Shown here one piece after another: positions 1 through 11,551 of a stretch of DNA of 64,000 bases. The stretch comes from Octopus vulgaris (Eukaryota): contig OX597837.1 in assembly GCA_951406725.2 (NCBI GenBank), forward strand, positions 12,772,001 through 12,836,000, read 5' to 3'. The notes beneath the pieces are model-generated. The model saw only the letters and a list, made by a program, of their open reading frames with translations, did no database searches and was not told the origin of the DNA. How positions within the stretch are numbered: position 1 is the stretch's first letter; each line of letters starts with the position of its first letter. A program made the position numbers and the translations under genes.

Positions 1-49
1 GAGGAGAAGCAAGGATAGACGTGAGGAAGATGACAAAGAAACGGTAAGT
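1..49 (+). other. 3' end of putative non-coding exon 1 of SLC17 copy 1 with 5' splice donor (AACG|GTAAGT, GT at 44)
   Basis: Block gaggaagatgacaaagaaacg|gtaagtaaaga recurs upstream of copies 2, 3 and 4, always ending in a consensus donor. Confidence 0.65.
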
Positions 50-111
50 AAAGAAAAGACGAACAAACCCACACGCACACACTCTCACGCACACTGAAAC
101 AATAATAGTAA

Positions 112-133
112 TTAGTATTATTATTATTATTAT

Positions 134-213
<80 letters not shown>

Positions 214-247
214 TTATTATTATTATTGTTATTATTATTATTATTAT
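112..247. repeat. (TTA)n/(TAG)n trinucleotide microsatellite
   Basis: Direct inspection. Confidence 0.95.
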
Positions 248-381
248 GTTTTTTCCTTCTTTCTTCAAATTTTCTTCCGTTTCTCGCCGAGTGTTTTCCA
301 TACATTGTGTGTGTATGTATGTATGTATGTATGTAAAATTTTGAATTTAGTTCACGGACCCCTAATACTACCTTTGCGGTA

Positions 382-440
<59 letters not shown>

Positions 441-1266
441 TATCTATATATAAAACTGAAATGCGTTTTTACCGCTTGGTTCGCTTTCAATGCCACTACA
501 TCCCGTCCGATTCGCTCCAAAATTTACAGGGACATGTAGAATGAGGTGACGATGCGCGTGGGCTACCTTAGAAATCCCTATCTTAAAAGGTGTGGTTGCT
601 AGGGGCCATCTTCCTACCTCACCCTATTTCCTCCAGTACTCTGTCACTCCTCTTCATTTGACAATGCAACTACCGTTATTTAATGTAAAGTCTTCCTCAA
701 ATCACTCTGTAGCTATTTACTCTCTTCCAAGAACATTTTCACTCACTCTATCTCTTACCTTCCTATACATTTTACTCATGTATCTCTCAGCGTTCATGGA
801 CAGTAACAAATATTACTCGCCATCCCCATCGCCATCGCATTCTATTGTCTACCTGTCAACACACACACACACACACACATATATATTCATATATCTAATA
901 TTATATTTTTATTTTTATGTTTTGGTTTTTGGTTTTTTACTGTTTCATTTCCCTATTAGTGGTTTTATCTCTAATTTAATTTCTACAGCGTGCACACACA
1001 CACACACACACACACACCTATATGTAGCCCCAGTACACCCGAATGAAATCGGGTTCTCTTCATCAAAATGTGAAAAGGGGTCTACAATTATCATCGCCAC
1101 AACTTATGTATGTCTTCCTCACTCACTCACTCTTTTTCCTAATGATAATTATCATCGCCACCACCAACACCACCAACACACAATCTGGACAATCTTTCTC
1201 TTATAACAAATCATGTTTACATTACAACGACGTCTGTCACCTCCGCCGTCTCTATTTATTCTGCAA

Positions 1267-1462
1267 ATGACCAGAACTCGGGAAACTTAGTTTAGTGTTC
1301 TATGGTCTATGACCAGAACTCGGGAAACTTGGTTGAGTGTTCTATGGTCTATGACCAGAACTCGGGAAACTTGCTTGACTGTTCTATGGTCTATGACCAG
1401 AAATCGGGAAACTTGGTTGAGTGTTCTATGGTCTATGACCAGAACTTGGGAAACTTGGTTGT
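1267..1462. repeat. 42-bp minisatellite, about 4.7 copies
   Basis: atgaccagaactcgggaaactt... starts at 1267, 1309, 1351, 1393, 1435. Confidence 0.9.
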
Positions 1463-2150
1463 GTCCTCATCTTATAAAATGTGGCCCCAGTAGACCCAAA
1501 TTAAATCGGGTTATATTAACCAAAAGGTGAAAAGGGGTATAAATGGGGCTGGAAGGATTAAAATTTAAAGGAGCGGGTGTTTAGCAATTCTCTGTTACAT
1601 CAAGCTAAAAAGTTTGCTCCAGCCTTTTAATCGTCTATGTGTTGCCATCCATGATGAAGAAGTTTTGAATGCTTGCCATCGTGAGTCTACTGTCGTGAGA
1701 AAGAATCAAGTCAAAACTTGTTTTTTAGGGATTTTCTTTTACATCAAGTTCAAACTTTTACGCCAGCCGTTGAACTGTCAATACGTTGCTGTCCGTCGTT
1801 AAGAAATGCCAGCCATGGTGACTCTACTATCCTCAAATTCTATCCCTTCAAACTTTGGTTTCCAATATTTTATTATTTTTATTCAGCTCGCAAGTTCGTC
1901 TGTCCCTTTTAAACGTTAGTGTTTTGCTGTCTGTCTTGAAGCAGACCTTTCCTTTGTAACTGCCTGATATTTATGATTGATCTTTCTAAATATTTTATTT
2001 CTCAACTTACTCAAGATCTTTTGTTGTTTATAAATGGGAGAGAGATACATAAAGATAGAGAGTAAGAGAAAGCGAGGGAGAGTCCGAGAGAAAGGAAGAG
2101 TAAGAAAGTGGGAAAGTGAGAGAGAAAGGAGAAAGAAACAAAGAGGGAGA

Positions 2151-2470
2151 ATCATCATCATCATCATCATCATCATCGTTTAACGTCCGTTTTCCGTGCT
2201 AGCACGGGTTGGACAGTTTGACAGGGGTCTGGGAAGCCAGGAGGCTGCACCAGGCTCCAGTCTGATCTGGCAGTGTTTCGACAGGTGGATGCCCTTCCTA
2301 ACGCCAACCACTCTGTGAGCGTAGTGGGTGCTTTTTTCGTGCCGCCTGCACAGGTGCCAGGGGGCTGGCAGCGGCCACGATCGGTTGGTGCTTTTTACGT
2401 GCCACCAGCACAGAAGCCAGTCAAGGCGGCGCTGCAATCCGCCACGTTCGGATGGTGCTTTTTACGTGCT
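2151..2470 (-). mobile_element. Retroposon 3' fragment with (GAT)n tail (LINE/SINE-like)
   Basis: (CAT)n run abutting a GC-rich body with internal repeats (ggtgctttttacgtgcc x3); family not identified. Confidence 0.45.
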
Positions 2471-2536
2471 GAAAGGAAGCAACAGAAAGTAACAACCACA
2501 CTCTTACCCGCGCGTAGAGCGGGTCACCTTCAGCTA

Positions 2537-2632
<96 letters not shown>

Positions 2633-2699
2633 CAGGTTTCTAATAATCAGCCATGATTTCTATGTTATCAATTTTAGAAAACATGATATTGGTTTCAAT

Positions 2700-3385
2700 G
2701 ATTTACTTTTGATTTCTTACATTTCAGTGAATGCACCACAATCGATTAATTCTTCCCAGAACTAAGAACATAAGGAAACGTGAAGATACATTCAAAAAAC
2801 TTTAATTCGCAACTTCCTTCACGATTCTCTCCACCGACATTTGTCAGTAAACAAATACTTCCTGGAATTGGATCCTCGGTTTTTGCCACCTTTTAAATAC
2901 ACCAAATGGAATGATTCAACGCGGGATAGAAACTATATTCTAAATACCACGACACTGGTACATTGAACTGATACAAAATATAATTAAACAAACAATACAA
3001 ACCATATTGCAGACACAGGTTTCAAGGAATTTACTACCATTCTGTATCGTAGCTACACTGAAATTTTATGAAAAAAATATTATTATACACATCAAAGAAC
3101 CGAGTGGAAGTGAAAACACATCAATCAATAACCTATCGGTGATCACATTTCTTCAACTGTTTCTTAATATATGAATGAGATCTCATATTTACAGCTGACA
3201 AAGAATCGAAAGTAGGGGAGTAAATTTCTATCTCAAAATTTTCAAAATATAATAAACGGGGACCACTGTCGGCCTCTAATTTTCCTTTAAACATTTTGCA
3301 CTTACAATGCACATGGATTAATATACTTTCAGACACTAAACACCAAGCAAAACTTTATGAAGAAATAGTAAAAAGAAACGCAATA
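2700..3385 (+). other. Putative splice acceptor (tttcag| at 2727) and long 5'-UTR of copy 1
   Basis: gatttcttacatttcag|tgaatgcac motif and downstream sequence are conserved upstream of all five + copies. Confidence 0.55.
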
Positions 3386-4846
3386 ATGTCGAAATTTACC
3401 AAGGAAATTAAGCGTTATTATTCGTGTCGATGGAGATTATGCTATGCGTGTGGTGTGGCTTTTCTTCTGCTTCAGACTTTGAGAGTCGATCTAAGTATGG
3501 CTTTTGTATGCATGTTGAAAACACCCAATCGTACAACTGAGGAAGTTAAAAATTCTACAAACAACCAACTTTGTTCTGGTTTGGAAAATCATTCCACGAA
3601 CCAAACTTTCGAAGGAGAGTTCGAATGGAGCAACTCACTACAATCTAATATGTTGGCTGGGTACTTCTATGGGTATATGGTGACTGTTTTGGGTGGTATA
3701 TTGGAGGACAGATATGGTGGGAAAAGAGTTCTGGGAGCTTCCCTTCTCTCAGCATCTATTCTGACCATTCTTCATCCAAGTTTATCTCGAATTAGTGGTT
3801 ACATTACGCTTGTTCTAAGGATATTAACAGGAGCAGTATCAGGGTTGTTGCCCCCAGCAATTCAGTCCTTATTTGGACGCTGGGGACCTCCACAAGAGAT
3901 AGGTTCTTTGATAGGGCTTTCATTTGCAGGTCAACTCCTTGGAAGTATTGTGGGTCTTTCAATATCAGGTTACCTTTGCGTATATGGATTCGATAATGGA
4001 TGGGGTTCTATATTTTATGTATTTGGTGGAATATCGTTGGTGTTTAGTTGTATGTGGTTTTACGTTGTTTATGATAATCCAGACGTCCATCCCACTATTA
4101 GTGAAGAAGAACGTTCGTACTTAAAAAAAGCAATAAAGAGTGAAAATGCTGTTAAAAATGTACCGTGGAAACGGATGTTCTTATCACCGGCTGTCTGGGC
4201 AATAAACTTTGGCTTGTTTGCCTATGGCTGGACGAATATATCTTTCATGGTATTACTACCTTTATATATGAAAGAAGCCTTACACGTTGATACAACATCC
4301 AACGGTTTAATGTCGTCTGCTCCTTCCATTGGACAAATCATTGCTTTTCCGTTGTGTGGAAGATTTGCAGATTTTTTACGTTCAAAGAAATATCTCTCAA
4401 CGCGTTCTGTTCGAATTTTATTCCAATCCTTTTCCATGGTGGCTTCAGCAAGCTTGTTGATAGCCATAGGATTTCTCAGATGTGACAAAACCGTTCTAAT
4501 AACTCTCCTTTTGTTTCTCAGTGGTATAACTCTATCATTTTCCAGTGGTGGTGTTATCGTCAACAATAATGACATCGCTCCAAGTTATGCTGGTATTGTA
4601 TTTGGAATTGCAAACACCTTTGTGTCAACGGCAGGCAGCCTTAGTTCGTTGGTTGCAAAAGCTCTCACCCCAAACGGTACACAAGAAGAATGGCAGATCG
4701 TGTTTGCCTTATGTGCTGCTATATGTGTATCTGGTGCGATATTATTTGCAATATTGGTAAAAACAGAAATCCAAGACTGGGCAAACTGGGGGAGATCTAG
4801 CTCCTCCGTTCATCCTAGCGACACGACTATAAGTAGAATAGCTTAA
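3386..4846 (+). CDS. Sialin-like SLC17 family MFS transporter, copy 1 (486 aa, intronless CDS)
   Basis: SLC17 motifs LRVDLS, EFEWS..QS.MLAGYFYGY, D(R/K)YGGK, GW.SIFYVFG, D.P..HP.IS.EE, VPW, LP.YMK, DIAP.YAG, EW..VF. ATG 3386 aligns with the starts of the paralogs; the ORF-track start is a TTG extension. Confidence 0.93.
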   Translation: MSKFTKEIKRYYSCRWRLCYACGVAFLLLQTLRVDLSMAFVCMLKTPNRTTEEVKNSTNNQLCSGLENHSTNQTFEGEFEWSNSLQSNMLAGYFYGYMVTVLGGILEDRYGGKRVLGASLLSASILTILHPSLSRISGYITLVLRILTGAVSGLLPPAIQSLFGRWGPPQEIGSLIGLSFAGQLLGSIVGLSISGYLCVYGFDNGWGSIFYVFGGISLVFSCMWFYVVYDNPDVHPTISEEERSYLKKAIKSENAVKNVPWKRMFLSPAVWAINFGLFAYGWTNISFMVLLPLYMKEALHVDTTSNGLMSSAPSIGQIIAFPLCGRFADFLRSKKYLSTRSVRILFQSFSMVASASLLIAIGFLRCDKTVLITLLLFLSGITLSFSSGGVIVNNNDIAPSYAGIVFGIANTFVSTAGSLSSLVAKALTPNGTQEEWQIVFALCAAICVSGAILFAILVKTEIQDWANWGRSSSSVHPSDTTISRIA

Positions 4847-4941
4847 CTACGTCACTGAATATTTTTCTTTATTGCAAATGGCGTCAATTTTATCATGAAG
4901 GAGTTCATAGGTATATGTTGTAAGTACCTAAGTATCTACAT

Positions 4942-4994
<53 letters not shown>

Positions 4995-5160
4995 TGTCTA
5001 TCCGTCTGTCTGTCTATCCGTCTGACTGTCTGTCTGTATGTATGTATGAATGATGTATGTATGTATGTATGTATGTATGTATGTATGTATGTATAACAGC
5101 GGTTGTGAAGTGGTGATTGGGATAAAACACAAACACACATATAAATATATTTATATATAA

Positions 5161-5226
5161 TCTACTGACGAAGCTTCGGTCGGCCCGAGGCTATAGCCTC
5201 GGGCCGACCGAAGCTTCGTCAGTAGA
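5161..5226. repeat. Perfect 66-bp palindrome (no spacer) derived from SINE sequence
   Basis: tctactgacgaagcttcggtcggcccgaggcta|tagcctcgggccgaccgaagcttcgtcagtaga. Confidence 0.95.
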
Positions 5227-5667
5227 GGACACTCGGCCGAGCCACGCAGTGGGACTGAACCCGGAATCATGTGGTTAGGGACCAAACTTCTCACCAAAAT
5301 TTGCCTTATGAACAGTCTGGACCAGGATGCTCAACTGTTTGGAAACAATCCTGTCTGTAGTTTCTATTAAATTTTGAACATAAAATGCATTTTGATAAAC
5401 ACGGATTGCATTATCCTTCATTATGTGTGTGCATTTTTATATATGTATGTGTGTATATGATTGTGTGCAAGTCAGTATACATAATGCCTTATCTAATTAG
5501 GTATACTTATCAATTGGGGCAAATGAAAGTTGTGCAACCGATGGGAGGTGTCCTAGTATCATCTTACATAAAAATCATTCATTTACACGAAGTTGCTGAC
5601 ACAGATAGTCACAGTGTGAATACTTTTTACATTTTAAGTCAACGTGACTTACTTGATAAGCATGCAT

Positions 5668-5807
5668 AGGCGCCGGAGTGGCTGCGTGGTAAGTAGCTTG
5701 CTTACCAACCACATGGTTCTGGGTTCCGTCCCACTGCATGGTACCTTGGGCAAGTGTCTTGTAAGTGAATTTGGTAGACTGAAACTGGAAGAAGCCCGTC
5801 GTATATG

Positions 5808-5901
<94 letters not shown>

Positions 5902-6075
5902 TATGTATGTACGTACGTACGTACGTATGTATGTATGTATGTATGTATGTATGTATGTATGTATGTATGTATTATGTATATGTTTGTGTGCCTGTGTTTG
6001 TCATCTCAACATCGCTTGACAACCGATGCTGGTGTGTTTACGTCCCCGTAACTTAGCGGTTCTGCAAAAGAGACC
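5668..6075 (+). mobile_element. tRNA-derived SINE family B (CORE-like accttgggcaagt, internal microsatellite)
   Basis: A-box gtggctgcgtggtaag, B-box gggttccgtccc; multiple homologous copies in the window. Confidence 0.8.
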
Positions 6076-6318
6076 AACAGCAAGGCCCAGCTGGAGGCCA
6101 AGATCAAGGAGGTGTTGGAAGATCTTCCCAGGGACACTCTGAGGTACGCATGCACCAGGTTTCGTAGTCATGGAAGTTGATGGTGGCTACTTTAAACTGT
6201 TATCTTCCAGCCACAACCTAGGTGGTAATTTTTTTTTCACATTTAAAATACTCCTATCGTGGGATAGGATTTTCTTTTCCCTTTTATGCAAAGCCTAAGC
6301 TTTAGCCCGGACGTCCTA
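6076..6318 (+). mobile_element. Tc1/mariner-superfamily transposase C-terminal remnant
   Basis: Translates to AKIKEVLEDLPRDTLRYACTRFRS...EVDGGYF, a typical DDD/E transposase C-terminus. Confidence 0.55.
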
Positions 6319-6499
6319 TATGCATATAGGCTAATCGGTATACATGATGCCTTATCTAATTAGGTACGTCCATGATTTGGGGTCGATGAACGTTATGAAA
6401 GAGACGAAAGTTCTCCCAATATTAAGATAAATCTAAATTATTCCTTAACACACATTCACATACTTAAACAATGGTAGTTTGAATACGTTTTAGTTTTCA

Positions 6500-6862
6500 A
6501 GTCAATGCAAGTGACTTTGATATTAAAAGACCATTCTTTACTGTCTTATTCAATCGTATTTCACTAGAAGCAGTGGATCTATTTCATGCGCTAAATATAA
6601 TTGAAGCCAGGGTTGTCATGGGTGGAATGAGGTCTAACCCAGGCCTGGTGTTTTAGAGATGACCGAGCAACAACAGTTAGCGCTTGTGCAATTACGTCAC
6701 GAGCAGAATTCACGTGACATCAAGGCATTCATGGGAAAGTGAAATGAAGGAGGGAATTAGCTCCGATTCTGTTGTGGCCTGAGTTAAGAGCGATCGCCCG
6801 TTTTATTGTATACGAGGAAGAACAAGGATAGATATGAGGAAGATGACAAAGAAACGGTGAGT
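6500..6862 (+). promoter_or_regulatory. Conserved upstream block and non-coding exon 1 of copy 2 (donor AACG|GTGAGT, GT at 6857)
   Basis: Homologous to 13040-13395 and 20100-20472; includes TATA-like ctaaatataatt. Confidence 0.6.
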
Positions 6863-6917
6863 AAAGAGAAGAGGAACAAACCCACACGCACGCACACACA
6901 GACACACACACGCACAT

Positions 6918-6967
<50 letters not shown>

Positions 6968-7158
6968 TCACACACACACATACATACACAAATATATATA
7001 TATTGTATTTCGGGACGGTCATTTTTTTCTTTCGACAAATAAATACACGCACTGTATATTTTTCTTCGCTCGTATATTACTGTTCTTATTTTATTATTTT
7101 AAGTCATGTCCATGGTCCGCAAATCTTTCATCACACATCTGTGACCTCTTCAGCCACA

Positions 7159-7195
7159 CTTTCTGTTGAAGAGCGTAGGCTCGAAACGTAAGAGA
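7159..7195 (+). ncRNA. Degenerate minimal hammerhead motif in a Penelope-type 3' end fragment
   Basis: cttt-CTGTTGA-A-GAGCgtagGCTC-GAAA-CG-TA-agag; same family as 53137-53174. Confidence 0.5.
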
Positions 7196-8998
7196 CTTTC
7201 TCACCTTCCCGAGCGTCAAACTAATACACCTGCTTGTTGTTTATACACCTGTCTTCGTCTTTTGTTTTTCTATAAACTTTAGCTTAATACAGAGAAATTT
7301 TTAAATATAAAAAAAAATTAACTTTTTTAAATTTGCAAAAAAAAGCAAAAAATATACAAAAACTGCAGAAATTTCTTTAACAAATTCTAACTTCAGCAGC
7401 AATATTTTAAGTCCATTTTATTTCGTCGTGTCCTGTACCTTCCAGGTTCAATACATAGTAATATTTTATAACTCTATGCCCGCCTTTTTCATCCTGATCC
7501 ACTTTTTCTCCTGGCAACGCTTCTATTATTATAAGTGATTATATTTAGCTTTATTATTGAACAAATTATACTATTGCAAATACTTTTTAATAAATTAAGA
7601 TTGTTTCAAACTTAGAAATTTTCTTGTCACCTAAAAGTAACAAAGGATTAAAAGCAACACATCTGTTACAAAGAAATATATTTTTAAACAATTTTTATCA
7701 TAAAGTAACGTCATTTTCTAAATAAAAAGTTTAATTATTAATTGCTTTTAATGAGTATTTTTTAAAATATTAATATGCATATATTTTAATTCGTAAGTAT
7801 AAGAATCAAAATTAATATGAAATCAAAGAAAATCAAAACTTTTATACATGTTTAATATTTTTGACAGAGTTGTCACCAAAGTGTTCAAAGTTCGAGAGTT
7901 TCGTGCGTTGGCAATTATCGAACTTTGATAAGTAGCAGCGCCCGAAACTCGCGGACCTTGAGTTACTTTGTTGCTTCTGCTTTATAGACACACACACACA
8001 CAAACACACACACACAAACACACACACACATGTAAGCAATGCATTGCAAGCCACACTAAAATTTGCAAAAACATTTTTCTGCGTGCAGGGTACGCGTCGC
8101 CTCTCGGATGCCTTTTATTTTTTCATTTAATATTGATTTCTTACGTTTCAGTGAATGCACCATATTCGAGTGATTCCTGCTTCAATTGAGAATTTTAAGA
8201 GACCAAGAAATACTCCAAGAACTTTATTTCTCAACTTCACCAATTTTCCCCAGCGACATTTGTTACTGAACTAAAATTTCCTGAAGTCGGATCCTCGGTT
8301 TTTACCACCTTTTAAATACACCAAATGGAATGATTCAACATGGAATAGATACTATATTCTAAATACCACCACACTGGTACATTGAACTGATACAAAATAT
8401 AATTAAACAAACAATACAAATTGTATTGCAGACACAGCTTTCAAGGAATTTACTACCATTCTGTATCGCAGCTACATTCTGTATTGAAAAAAAATATTAT
8501 ATGCATCACAGAAGCGAGTGGAAGTGAACACGCTTCTCTCAATAACCAGTTGGTAACCTCATTTCTTTCAGCAGTTTCTTATGAACGAGTGAGCTGTCAT
8601 AATTACTGTAGACAGAAAGAACTCGAAATTGTGATGTTAATTCCTGTACCAAACTTTACGGAATATAAAAAAAATTCCAGAACCTGTATTCTCTCTAACT
8701 TATTGACACAACTCTGCGCATCCACAGTTATTTTGTATTCCTATTTCGAAACAAAGCAGGAACTAAATAAATGACCAAATGGTCATAACTGACGATTATC
8801 GATACTTGCTTTGATTGTGATTGATTAATGACTTTCGGATTTATCGATAACAACTGACGCATCCATAGAATTCAGTTGTTAAAAGGGATCTAATGTCACC
8901 CTCTTACGTTTCTTTAGATATTTTAGACTTACAATGCACACGGATTAATATATTTTAGACACTAAACACCAAGCAAAACTTTATGAAGAAACGCAATA

Positions 8999-10405
8999 AT
9001 GTCGAAATTTACAAAAGAAATTAAGCGTTATTATTCGTGTCGATGGAGATTATGCTATGCTTGTGGTGTGGCTTTTCTTCTGCTTCAGACTTTGAGAGTT
9101 GATCTAAGTATGGCTTTTGTATGCATGTTGAAAACGCACAATCGTACAACTGAGGAAGTTAACAATTCTACAAACAACCAACTTTGTTCTGGTTTGGTAA
9201 ATCATTCAACAAACCAAACTTTCGAAGGAGAGTTCGAATGGAGCAACTCACTACAATTTAACATGTTGGCTGGGTACTTCTATGGGTATACGGTGACTGT
9301 ATTGGGTGGCGTATTGGCGGACAAATATGGTGGGAAAAGAGTTCTGGGACTTCCCTTCTCTCAGCATCCATCCTGGCCATTCTTCATCCAAGTTTGTCTC
9401 GAATTAGTGGTTACATTACGCTTGTTCTAAGGATATTAACAGGAGCAGCATCGGGGCTGTTGCCCCCAGCAATTCAGTCCTTATTTGGACGCTGGGGACC
9501 TCCACAAGAGATAGGTGTATTGATAGGGTTTGCATTTGCTGGTCAAATTCTAGGTAGCATTGTAGGTCTTTCAATATCTGGTTTTCTTTGTGATTATGGA
9601 TTCGATAATGGATGGGGTTCTATATTTTATGTATTCAGTAGAATATCGTTCATATTTAGTTGTGTGTGGTTTTATGTTGTTTACGATAATCCAAATGTCC
9701 ATCCTACAATCATCGAAGAAGAACTTTCTTATTTAAACAAAGCTATAAAATGTGAAAATATAGTTAGAATAGTACCGTGGAAACGGTTGTTGTTATCACC
9801 TGCAGTATGGGCAATTAATGTTGGTTTATTTACCTATGCTTGGACGAATATATCTTTCATGGTATTACTACCTTTATATATGAAAGAAGCCTTACACGTT
9901 AATACAACGTCCAACGGTTTAATGTCGTCTGCTCCTTCCATTGGACAAATCATTGCTTTTCCGTTATGTAGAAAATTTGCAGATGTTTTACGTTCAAAGA
10001 AATATCTCTCAACGCGTTCAGTTCGGATTTTATTCAAATCCTTTTCTATGATAATTTCAGCAAGTTTTTTGATAGCCATGGGATTTCTCAGATGTGACAG
10101 AACTATTCTAATAACTCTGCTTTTGTTTCTCAGTGGTATATCGCTATCATTTACCAGTGGCGCTATCATTTACCATTGCTCCAAGTTATGCTGATATTAT
10201 ATATGGAATCGGTAACACTTTTGGGTCAATGGCAGGCAGCCTTAGTTCCTTGGTTGCAAAAGCTCTCACCCCAAACGGTACACAAGAAGAATGGCAGATC
10301 GTGTTTGTCTTATGCGCTGCTATATGTGTATCTGGTGCAATATTGTTTGCAATATTGGTAAGAACAGAGATCCAAGAGTGGGCAAGTTCAGAGGGATCTA
10401 GCTAG
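8999..10405 (+). pseudogene. Sialin-like SLC17 copy 2, pseudogene with two frameshifts
   Basis: Three ORF pieces (8999-9430, 9394-10194, 10133-10405) are collinear with copy 1; 1-bp deletion at about 9349 (gggaCtt vs gggaGCtt) and net -11 indel at about 10161-10175. Confidence 0.85.
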
Positions 10406-11501
10406 CTTATTTGTTAGAATATAAATAAGCAGCCTAACTAGATTACTGTATGCTTTTGGTAGATGGCTTATGATATTATTATTATTATCATACAGTATCA
10501 CATAAACTAACAGGAAAACCGCCCTCGTATCATATAAGATATGATACATAGATTATAGAGTAAATTGACGCTCATGAACTGAACAAAAATTCTGTTTTAG
10601 TTTATTCTGTAATCAGTAAAATAATCCATGATACATTTAAAGACGATAATGAAAATTGGAAAAGAGATGAGACTGTCAAGGGAAAATGTTCATTTGAAAA
10701 TAGATTCTCTGCTGGGAATTAAGGAATTACATTTACCAATATGAAGAATTGAGTTTTGGTATATCGTTGTGTCATTATATTCATTTATAGACGTCTAAAG
10801 AGTTTCTAATGTCCCTTTCCTAGCAATTAAGAAGAAACTTAAATACATTTCAATTAAAAGAGGGTAATGAATGTCTCTCATCACTGTAGAATTTTTTTGC
10901 AGACACAACTGTCAGCAAATGGACCCCTTTTCATTTATCTTGGTTAATATTTTTATATTTTCTTTTCTCGACGCTTTTGACAATGTAACATACATCTGAC
11001 CATTTGCGAAGAAATGTGTTGGGAGATGATATTATTGAATAAATAATTTCAAGGTGGTACCCCACCATGACCGCAGTCTAATACAATTTGAAAACTTAAT
11101 CCTATTAGATAGAGATTATTGTTTTTGCACAATGTAATCCTTTTAAAAATAATTTATTCACTTATTTTCTTTTTTTTTTCGCTTTATTATATTTTTTTTA
11201 CGAACACGAAGAAAAGCTATTTGTTTACATATGGAATTCAAACGCAAGTCGACATTTAAAACAGAAGCAAATCTTGTAATATTAAGGATTATAATTTATG
11301 TTTCATATACAAATAAACGTTATACTTTAAACATTTTTTAATATTCATTCATAATTTCTTCAAAGTAATATGACATTTTTTTAATAAAGTGGGAAAAAAT
11401 ATAAACTGGACACAGTCCTGCACTTCTTCAATATTTATAATATAGAAGCGTGGTGGTTTATTTTGAAATAAGTAGATATCAATATGTATGTATGCATGTA
11501 T

Positions 11502-11551
<50 letters not shown>

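Larger units (their letters stand above)
443..2537 (+). mobile_element. Putative non-autonomous Helitron-like element in intron 1 of copy 1
   Basis: A|TCTATATATAAAACTGAA 5' end (similar to 60381); 3' hairpin cccgc-gcgtaga-gcggg (2507-2523) then CTAG|T at 2534-2537; carries an internal minisatellite. Confidence 0.5.

Noticed and set aside
3296-3385. N-terminal extensions in the ORF track for copies 1, 3, 4 and 6
   Set aside because: They start at TTG/GTG and are not conserved in frame across paralogs; the aligned ATG (MSxFT) is preferred
4222-4575. Recurring antisense ORFs inside SLC17 copies (4222, 9834, 26799, 39925, 57224)
   Set aside because: Antisense shadows of hydrophobic TM codons in paralogous CDSs; their similarity follows from the sense-strand homology
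6692-6718. TCACGTGAC (CLEAR/TFEB-like E-box) and TTACGTCA in the copy 2 upstream block
   Set aside because: Not conserved in the homologous blocks of intact copies 3 and 4 (ttacatgac); a single short motif at a pseudogene
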